Part shown: positions 54,020 through 64,000 of the stretch, in pieces
How the letters are laid out: every line of letters starts with the position of its first letter
Position numbering within the stretch: the first letter of the stretch is position 1
Source of the DNA: Octopus vulgaris
Lineage: Eukaryota
Assembly (NCBI GenBank): GCA_951406725.2
Contig: OX597815.1
Span: 22,320,001 to 22,384,000 of the forward strand
Length of the DNA stretch: 64,000 nucleotides
Direction: 5' to 3'
Translations under genes and position numbers: made by a program
Notes under the pieces: model-generated
What the model saw: only the letters and a program-made list of their open reading frames with translations
Told to the model about the DNA's origin: nothing
The model's database searches: none

Positions 54020-54510
54020 ACTATCACCGAGGATCACTTTTAGGGAAAGGATATACATAACATGGTAAAGACCGTATCGTAAAAGTTCAATCCTCTTCAG
54101 ATCCAAAAGCTACTCCACCCTACTATAATTACTGGTACTCTATACACCTCAGCAGAAGTCTACATTTGAATACTACATTCACGTCTCGGTTGGTACTGCA
54201 CACAAAAGCATTCAAAGAAAGGCCCATTTGCTATCTCTCTGTTCCTTTTTACCATTATGTGTTTTGTGCCACCTTAACTCAGGTATTTTCAAGTCACTCC
54301 CCTAATCTCACTTGAATACTTATTTTGAGCCCAGCACCCTAGTATCGTACTAACCACAGTGTCTAGTTTTTCTTCTCCAGAATGTCATCCCTCAGGAAAC
54401 TTTTCATGTTCTCATGTCTTTCTGCAGGTATCTACTAGCAACGGTTTGAGTGGATCATTAACGGCACAAGCTTAATAGGTTTTGAAGGGTCTGCGAAGGC
54501 CAGGAACATT
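54020..54510 (+). mobile_element. Very degenerate CR1/Jockey-like LINE 3' fragment
   Basis: Fragments KDIHNMVK, FEYYIHVSVG, SIQRKA and FYHY resemble post-RT motifs W..HI..i.K, .EYc.hVW, .iQ.rA and FY.Y. Confidence 0.45.
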
Positions 54511-55377
54511 TCCTTTTCTCCAGACTCAGCAAATGAAACAGAATGCAACATGTGTAAGTCCAACCCGACTGATTGGATGTTTATAAGGCACTACAATTTT
54601 ATGTCGTAATCAAGAACTTCCAGATGTTTAAAAAGTAAGTCCACAATAAACAAAACCTCGATCGACTTTCCTAGACTGCTACACTATATGAGATAACATG
54701 TGTAGGCTAGGTTAATAGTTCCTTCTCTAGAACTCATTTTCCTATTGCAACATTGACCAATATTCTCCATATTAATGATACATACAGCTTCCCTGTTCCA
54801 ACTAAAAATAGTTTCCACAGAATACATGTACACTCCATTTTAGCGAATCAATAAATGGCGCAGAACAGAGCGTTTGTTTATATGTGAGCAATTAGATGAA
54901 TGCCTGAATGTGATATCGTTTCGATGTACAAACTGTCACTAAATGATGATTGAGTAGGATAGTTCTGGTTTAATGCATATCTTTTCTATGATTGTTAACC
55001 AACCGACTAAAGCAGTACTACAAATAGAAATGAAACATCAGTCATTTTTGTATGATGTTTCTTGTTCAATATGCCAACCATGAAAAGATTGCTACTGCGT
55101 TATTTCTTTGATTAGTAGACTGGTATACAAAGAGCTCTTAATAAAGAAAAATCTAAATTTCAAACTGTTTTGAGGTCGGTCAGAAACCCTATTTTCTAGA
55201 CTCTTACTGCCTAAAAGAACACAGAAGTTTAAATTAGCATTATTGTAAATGCCATTAGAGTCATTAGACCACATAATCAAAATTTTTTTCGACGGAACTG
55301 ATAAAGAGGCCACTGTTGGGAATCGAGCCACACAAATCTCTTGCTGGACGACTGCATTACAAATTACAACAGAGAGT

Positions 55378-55790
55378 AGGCGCAGGAGTGGCTGTGTGGT
55401 AAGTAGCTTGTTTACCAACCACACAATTCACTCCCACTGCGTGGCACCTTGGGCGAGTGTCTTCTACTATAGCCTCGGGCCGACCAAAGCCTTGTGAGTG
55501 GATTTGGTTGATGGAAACTGAAAGAAGCCCGACGTATATATGTATATATATATGTGTGTGTGTGTATGTTTGTGTGTCTGTGTTTGTCCCCCCAACATCG
55601 CTTGACAACCGATGCTGGTGTGTTTACGTCCCCGTCACTTAGCGGTTCAGCAAAAGAGACCGATAGAATAAGTACTGGGCTTACAAAGAATAAGTCCCGG
55701 GATCGAGTTGCTCGATTAAAGGCGGTGCTCCAGCATGGCAGCAGTCAAATGACTGAAACAAGTAAAAGAGTAAAAGAGTAAGAGTAAAAG
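55378..55790 (+). mobile_element. SINE family A, near full length
   Basis: Matches 3541-3933 with a small deletion in the B-box region. Possible 7-bp TSD AGAGAGT. Confidence 0.92.
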
Positions 55791-56443
55791 AGAGAGTGTC
55801 AGTCTATCTTCTAAACTAGATGCCTTTTGTTTTTGCTATTTAACTACTCATCTGCAGCCAAAGGATAATCTGTCCCCAAGATGCAGCACGATAAATTATT
55901 CTATCAGTTCCCTTTATAGAGTAAAGCGTCATAGCAGTAGATGAAGCGATCACAAATAACTATCAAATTAGCGATATATACAGAGTTCGATTTCGTAGCT
56001 TCGCATATCTATCTGAAATTAGTGTGTATGTATAATGCATTAAATCCTTCTTAATTCGTACATTAAATTAATAATGCTGTCTAACCGATAACGTTTCGCT
56101 CATCATTTATTTCAGCCCATTAGTTTATCATTTTAATTAGAAACACTGCCCTATATCTAGTAACAAGAGAATTCGAATTCTTGTTATGAAGTAAAATCAA
56201 TCCAATATTGTTTGGCTGACATCTATGTCATAACTAAACCAACTCAGCTATTCTCATAATCAACAATCGCTTTTGTTTTTTTCTTCATTTAAATTAGTGC
56301 AAACAGTCAATTATTTCAATACATAAATAGCAAGATAATTTTTCAACAAAATGATACATTTTTACAATACTAAAAATTTTGAAAGGTTTATATAAAAGTT
56401 ACAATCCAGGATCACTTAAATACATACATACATACATACATAC

Positions 56444-56499
<56 letters not shown>

Positions 56500-56501
<2 letters not shown>

Positions 56502-56807
56502 CAGTAAAAACAATTAAGATTCAAGTGAGTTCCAATGAATTCACATGAATGCGGTACTTAACTTAGATGCACCAGAAATCTATATGGTATTAACCATAAA
56601 ATAATGTGGGGTGATTATAAACAAGAAAAAAGCAACAAGAATGGATTAGTTGTTCAGTATAATTGTTTCATACGAAGAACAGCTTTATTAAAAGCTGCAA
56701 ATATTGCAGCAAATACAAGTGTCCCGTATTCATCAGCCCATATGTGTTTTGGCTGATGAAACAATTGTACTGAACAACTAATCCATTCTTGTTGCTTTTT
56801 TCTTGTT

Positions 56808-56811
<4 letters not shown>
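56500..56811. mobile_element. (TA)n-embedded fold-back element carrying hammerhead cores on both strands
   Basis: Arms 56616-56671 and 56756-56811 (56 bp, 1 mismatch). CTGATGA at 56730-56736 (minus) and 56753-56759 (plus). Confidence 0.75.
56655..56739 (-). ncRNA. Hammerhead-like motif with canonical core and enlarged stem II
   Basis: GG-CUGAUGA-AUACG...CGUAU-GAAACAAUUAUA-CU. Stem II encloses ~50 nt with hairpins GCUGCAA/UUGCAGC and AGCUUU/AAAGCU. Confidence 0.6.
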
Positions 56812-56849
<38 letters not shown>

Positions 56850-57835
56850 CATACATACATACATACATACATACATACATACATACATACATACATACAT
56901 ACATACAATGCATACATATGCGGGTGGGTGTAAATATGTCGTAATGGCGTATAATCAGTAATACTGCATGACGATAAAAAATAACCTACCCGTTGTATTA
57001 CCTATACGGAATGTACTTATATTTCTAACTTATAGACGGCTATCTTATAATATATATAGTGTCTTGATCGTGTGCGCGCATGATCGTCACTAGTAAGTGT
57101 TCTTATCTCCAGTTTAGTATAGTAAAGTATCCTGAAACTGAAAGTTAATATTTACCAAATGAGTTTTTGAGATCTACTTCTCACAGAACTGAACTCAAAT
57201 TAAAACAATCTCACTGACATGATTTAGGAATTATATTTAAGTTATTTTTTCCATTTAGTCTGCAATTTAATTCCTCACCTGTGCTGTTCTTTAAATATAT
57301 CAGACACCGATATGACTTATCACTGCATTTCTCCTTGTATATGAGATATCTGACACAGATTTTATACGCGTTCTGCAAATGTTTACCTCGATAGGATGTA
57401 GAACATCGATGCTTAAAATATTAGCGTAAAGTATGTAAGATAATTAAAGCTAATGCTATGCATACGTTTGAAATTCCTTTAAATGAGGTTTTAAACGATA
57501 ATGGTGCGAAGTGTACCATTTTAGTACTTATGCACAGAACAATCATAGTTATGATTACTAATGAAATAGATTTTATTTTCGGTTTCCTGCGAATCTAGGT
57601 CGCTATACGTACATGTGTTTCAATATCGTTCTCACATTCACAGGTATGCTTAGTGGGCAATTAACATATGGGGCTAATTTTGTAACGGTTACAAATTTCA
57701 AAGGGCACCACCCCGACTGCAGCAGGAATGTATAAATATATGAATGATTATGGTAACATAATTTTCAAAATAGATTTTACATCCTATAGCCTTTCACTAC
57801 TACACTACGGTGATAAGTATGTCTTATATGTCGAA

Positions 57836-57845
57836 GATGATGATG

Positions 57846-57891
<46 letters not shown>

Positions 57892-57967
57892 TAATAATGA
57901 TAATGATAATAATAATAATAAATAATAATAATAATAATAAATAATAATGATAATGATAATAATAATA

Positions 57968-58020
<53 letters not shown>

Positions 58021-58065
58021 TAATAATAATGATAATAATAATAATAATGATAATAATAATAATAA
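57836..58065. repeat. (TAA)n/(TGA) microsatellite
   Basis: Direct inspection. Confidence 0.95.
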
Positions 58066-58692
58066 TTACTTTTATCCCACGAGGTAAATTCTCATTCCCA
58101 CCTCTCTAATTCATTCCTTGCTCTCTCTCTCTCTCTCTCTCTCTTCCTCTCTCCCTCTCCTTCTGTCTCCTCCCCCTCTCCCTGTCTGCAAAGCACAAGC
58201 TTTATTTGCTATTAAAAACATGCTGGAAGTTTATTTACAACCAAGAGAGAGTTCCAGTCAAAACATCGCAAACTATGATCTTATTATAATACAAAGATAT
58301 ATCTAAAAAAATATATGACATGTCTCCGCAACTTTTAATTTATTTAATTTATTGCTCTAGAACGTAGAATTGAACTTAATTGTCCCGTTCTTGAATTTAA
58401 TTAATTTCTCGAAAGTAACTTTTACCCCACAAGGTAAATTCTCACATCCTCCCTCTCTAATTCATTCCGCCCTCTCTTTCTTCCTCTCTCTCTCTCTCTC
58501 CTTCTGTCTGTCTGTGTCTCTAACTCTCCTCTCCCTCTCTGCAAGGCACAAGTTTTAGTTGCTGCTAAAAACATGCTGGAATTTTCTTTACAACCAAGAG
58601 TATCCCAATCAAAACACTGTAAGCTATGAAATTAATGTAATACAAAGATATATCTACAAAATATATGACATGTCTCTGCAACTTTTAACTTA
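58066..58692 (+). repeat. Diverged tandem duplication of a ~275-bp unit
   Basis: 58066-58340 and 58416-58692 share AGGTAAATTCTCA, CTCTCTAATTCATTCC, AAAAACATGCTGGAA, AATACAAAGATATATCTA and AATATATGACATGTCTC.GCAACTTTTAA. Confidence 0.85.
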
Positions 58693-58959
58693 TTTCGCGA
58701 CAGAATATTTTCTCGTTTGGGCAGTAGCGCTGCATTACTCGGCGGTGATGCGCCCGTCCCATTCACCTATCATCTTCCCTTATGTTCAAAATCTACTTCA
58801 TTTCCATGTTTACAACCAATCTTAAGCAGTCCTCTCAATCACCCTCTCGATCTGCATGGATTATACTGAACATGTTGTGTAAAATGGCTTCCTCCCCTCT
58901 CTAGTTGATCTTCCTTTCCTTTTATTTTTATTTATTATTTATCTCTTTTTCTCTCTCTT

Positions 58960-58996
<37 letters not shown>

Positions 58997-59029
58997 TTCT
59001 CTCTTCTTTAACTTTTTTGTCAATGTTGG

Positions 59030-61670
59030 GGTGGTGAGTGGAGGTGAGCGCCCATCACTTATAAAATGCTCCAATGGCCTGCGCAGGATTTATCCCCTGA
59101 CCGTCAAACACGACTCCTTCGCCAAACCAACAAAGGAGCAGGAAAAGGCGAGTATCTGGCGCCTTCAAATAACTAGTACTCCGGGTAGGCTTTCTCGTTA
59201 GCCTTGGATGGCAAGCAACCTAGAAAGACCACTATGAGTTCAAAAACATGGGAGCAAGTACTTGATGCCTTGGCAGACTACCTTGATAGAGATGGTGTCT
59301 CGATAAAAATACCGGTTGGTAGTAACCTCAAAACACACCTCATTTGTGAGTGAAAATGCCAAGCAATATAGACGATGATAACGATGTGAAAGAGACTAGA
59401 ACTTATTGTGGAGATGCCGTTCCCGGCAGGCACTCCACAGTACAGCAGGGTAGGCCCGGTCATAATCCAGCCACTGCTAGTCATGCTACAAGGCATGAGT
59501 GGAGTAAACAAGTAAACATGGTTATAGAGTGTTACTACCGGAGCACCCCCGCGGATGCGAATAGCGCACCTGTCAGAGGGTACAGAAAACGAATGCACAG
59601 TGAATGGAAGGCAGTGGATCTGTTTGAAATTACTGCAGAGATTGTGTGATCAAGTATGAGCAATACGAAGGAATGGATGTTTAACAGAATTGGAGCTAGA
59701 AGCCATCAAAAGAAGGATATCAGTTGATGTTGGGCATGCAAGAAACGTATGTGGTATACTGGAAGAGAGGGACAATTGTTCGCAAGAATATACTACCGTG
59801 AATTGTGAAAGAATTGAGATCAGTGACTACTCAAAGAATGAAGATCAATTAATAATAGACTGAATTTTGGATCTATTAAATACAGAAGGGACAGAATTTA
59901 TGTGTGACTTTAAGAAGGCTAACCAATGGAGACTAAACCAAGAGGCGAGTAAAGTCAATAATGTATTGATACCTATTGGAACAAACAATGTCTTCACAAA
60001 CAAATAATCTTATCAAGGCTGCTAGTAAGATTGTAACAGAAAGGATGGGATTTAGAACTACTGAGAACAGAACAGCGACGGATAGAAGAGGCAATAAACG
60101 GCATGGAAATTTCAGGAGATATAAACTCCTTGAACAGTGTAGTGTTAATACTTATCAGGAAAAGAAATGGCGAACTTACGAATGAATGGAAATTCGAAAA
60201 AGTTCGGAAGAAGTATGGCGTAGATACAAAAGGCTGAATGTTGTAATTGAAGAACTGAAGCAGCGCATACTTGTAAAAAAAGCAAAGCTAACTAGGTTTG
60301 AACAGCGGATTAAGCAATACCTGCAAGACAAATTGTTTGAACCGACCAAAAATGATTTTATCAAGAGAATGAGGATGATAAAATAACGTGAAAGTTTAGT
60401 TCCTGATGCTGATGAAAGTCGACTTTTCTGAGTAAGCAAGTTTTCAAGTAAGCAAGAACAGCATAATACTACAAGTGAATGGCTCTGCAGCCTGAAACAA
60501 ACAGCTTCTTATCCCCAACAAGAGGCTGTCCACTTCACAGAAGACAGTATTAGAAATATTAGTAAAAAAATAAGCATTTGTAAAGCAGCAAGACCTGATG
60601 GTGTACAGGGATTTGGGATAAAAAAATTCAGTAGGTAATTTAATGCATTGATCAATGGAGAAGAAATCCCGGGCTGGTAGACAAAAGAACGAATGGTGTT
60701 CTGTCTGAAGGATGCATCAAAGGCCAATTTCTTGCCTCCCATTAATGTGGAAGTTACTGTCAGGAGGAATTGCAGAAGAACTGTACAAATTTCTTGGTGA
60801 GAACGATATATTACAGACAGCAGAAGTACCAAAGATCAACTATTGATAGACGAAATTGTAATGCAAGATTGTAAACAAAGGAGAACACATTTGGGAATGG
60901 CCTGGATTGACTGACTATCGCAAAGCTTATCATATTATTCCACATTCGTGGATCCTCGAGAGCATAGATCTGTTTGGAATTGCGTGGAATGTAACGTGTT
61001 TCCTGAAGAGGAGTATGGTGGGAGTGGAAAATTGAACTGACAGCTTATGGAAAAAAGCTGGGGCACCCTCGGTATTAGATGAGGTAATTTTCAGGGTGAT
61101 ATCTTATCTCCGGTGCTTTTTGTTCTCTGCATAATACCCCGACCTTGGTATTCAGGAAAATGAACTTGGGGTATAAACTAAAGGGAAAATCTCAAACAAT
61201 CAACCACATGCCCTTCATGAATGATTTGAAACTGAGTGGCAAAGATGAGATACAAGTGAGTTCCTTCGTGATCACAGTCCACTCTTTTAGTACTGATATT
61301 AGAATGGAATACCTAAAATGAGGTAAGTTACAGTCACTAGCAGGGATAGAAATACCTAATAGAGACTTGATTAAACAAATTGAAACGGAAGGCCACAAAT
61401 ACCTTGGTGTACTAGAATTCAACGAGATAATGGAGAAGGAAATGAAAGAGCAACTGAAAATGGAATATTTCTGAAAACTAAGGTTGGTGTTACACTCAAA
61501 ATTGACTGGATGGAATGACATCCAAGCAGTTAATACGTGGGCAATATCATCACTTCGGTATGGAGCGGAAATTATAAAATGGCAAAAGAGAGAAGCGATG
61601 AAACTGGATACCCAAAACCAGAAAAATGTTAAAAGTACAGGGAGCCTTCCACCCTATGTTAGGGGACCCA
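59030..61670 (+). mobile_element. Degenerate R4/Dong-like non-LTR retrotransposon (5' UTR, N-terminus, RT), 3'-truncated
   Basis: N-terminal EWSKQVNMVIECYYRS...RGYRKRMHSEW, IEELKQRILVKKAKLTRFEQRIKQY; RT motifs [84 protein letters not shown]. Confidence 0.9.
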
Positions 61671-61729
61671 GAAAGAGAGAGAGAGAGAGAGAGAGAGTCT
61701 TGATGATAACTCAAGTTCTAGATGTTCAA

Positions 61730-62138
61730 CCATCAGGGTAACGTCGAGGAACTTAGCATGACGTATGTTTCTGCTCGGTGGCTACCATGTTTTTTGACAC
61801 TTGATCAAAAGCACACCAGGTTGATCACATCGCGGGAAAATCTGACAATGTTTCAGGCAGACCCAGCTGGTTTCTTTGAACTTTTCCTAAGGCAGGAAGA
61901 GTATTGACTTCATCACTTTGAACTAGAGAAAAAGAGTCGATCTATGCAGTGAAACCTCCTTCCTCATCTATTCCAAAGCATGCCAAGGCGTTTTATTTGC
62001 AGGTAAAGAGATGGCATCAGTTCTTGGGATGCAAAAAAGATTATGCATGTTGATTATATTCAAGGAGGCGACACCATCAATGTGGAGTATTATTTCAACT
62101 AGCTGAGGCAGTTACGAAAATCTATCATGACCAAACGT
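61730..62138 (+). mobile_element. Degenerate mariner transposase fragment (same family as 23005-23765)
   Basis: ELSMTYVSARWLPCFLTLDQKHTRLITSRENLTMFQADPAGFF...HHFELEKKSRSMQ, TINVEYY...LRQLRKSI. Confidence 0.88.
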
Positions 62139-62435
62139 ATGTATGTGTGTATGTGTGTGTGTGTTTATGTGTTTGTATGAGTATACAAGTTCCTATATGA
62201 ATTTATATTACACACACTCCACATATACACATACATACATATATACATACAAGCATATGCATACACACAAGCACGTATATACATGGACACATATGGTATA
62301 ATTACTCATCTTATGAATTTTAATACTTATGTATATAAGTATGTGCATTTATTTCTATGTGTAAATATATTTGTGCGATTACTTCAGAGACGAGCGATAC
62401 ACCTCACTGACGATATTATATACATGTGTTTGGTT

Positions 62436-62786
<351 letters not shown>

Positions 62787-63060
62787 CACATACAAATATA
62801 TATGAATTTGTCTCTCTCAAATTGTCTATATTGAAAATGTATTCTTTGAATATCTTGGCCACAACCTGCTTCACCAGTGCTGGAGTGTTTTATTGTTCTG
62901 TCAGCTGGTCTCAACAACGATATAGTTATTGAACGTGACAACTAACTTTTTCCAAGTCTTTGAATGTTCAATATCATTAACTCAGTGACTGTTTCTTCCG
63001 TACCTTCGCAATTCATCGCAAGGTTTGCTTTTGATCAAGTCGTTGCATGAAACATGTATC

Positions 63061-63114
<54 letters not shown>

Positions 63115-64000
63115 ATATATATATACTAAATAATTAGGGTTCAGCAAAGATTTGCTTTACCACATACCGAAGTTTAGAAATAGCAGCCAAAAACCCTTAG
63201 CTATTTCTTCTACTTTAAAAACGGGACTCCCAGAAAAACCGAAATACTTGAAAACAATCCACACAGGCAGAGAGGAAAAGTAACGAAAATCAATCAATAT
63301 CTGGTCATATATATATATATATTGTTGAGCTTGGCTAGCCAATGGCTATCAAATCACAGGTCCTTATATGGCTAATGTTATCGTTCATGATATTTTTACT
63401 TTAATTGATATTCTTATATTCACTTATGGAATGCTTATTTCTTAGGAAAATTGGGAGGCTGTAGGTATTCAGTACGGAATATATTCAAAACGGTTTATTT
63501 TGATCTTTAGTAAAATATGAAATTACTTGAAAATTTTTCGTAGGATTTATTAACTTCTGAGGAAATCTCTAAGAATGCTCGGGCACCAACGACAATTTGA
63601 AATGATTGCAATTGAAATCCGGTTTAGAAGAATCCATTCAATTATTTACCATCAATAACTGAATGTTCATGTTAAAAAAAAATCGGCATTTCATTGGCAA
63701 CGTAATGCGATGCAACATACTTTCTATAACACTTATATATTCTGTGTTTGTTATACTTCGGGACATGTCAACATTAAATTAAGAATAAACAAAAAATAAA
63801 ATAAACAATATTTTCAATGAAAAGAGAAACATTCACAGTTTATATTAAATGAATGTTTTACTGTATAAATTAGGTACAAAAACGAACAATGAAAAACAAT
63901 ATGTACAAAGAAAACACCTTAAACATATAATAAAAATATGTTATTAGCTCCTCTGAGAAAGAATTAAGGCCGAGATTTTACTTTTGGAATGCTGACTTCT

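Noticed and set aside
57279-57349. Minus-strand exon-like segment YLIYKEKCSDKSYRCLIYLKNST with CAG|gtgagg donor
   Set aside because: No recognisable domain and a weak acceptor. Cannot be supported without RNA data.

Overview
AT-rich, microsatellite-laden eukaryotic genomic DNA whose repeat families look like those of an octopod cephalopod (Octopus; inferred from repeat content, not proven). Almost all ORFs in the supplied track are translations of simple repeats. The only host-gene sequence I can support is two spliced minus-strand exons (15768-15918, 12906-13013) encoding the N-lobe of a receptor-type tyrosine-kinase domain. Their exon sizes and phases are RET-like and the glycine-rich loop is degenerate. 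The rest is intron or intergenic DNA filled with three tRNA-derived SINE families (several with TSDs), decayed non-LTR retrotransposons (R4/Dong-type RT/RLE, L1/Tx1 APE, CR1/Jockey-like), two mariner remnants and Penelope-like elements (PLEs; two GIY-YIG types). The most unusual signal is a set of short elements embedded in (TA)n tracts. They carry minimal or variant hammerhead-ribozyme motifs and/or asymmetric ~55-bp fold-back arms. There are also two apparent SINE/LINE partner pairs sharing 3' tails. Element boundaries without TSDs are approximate.
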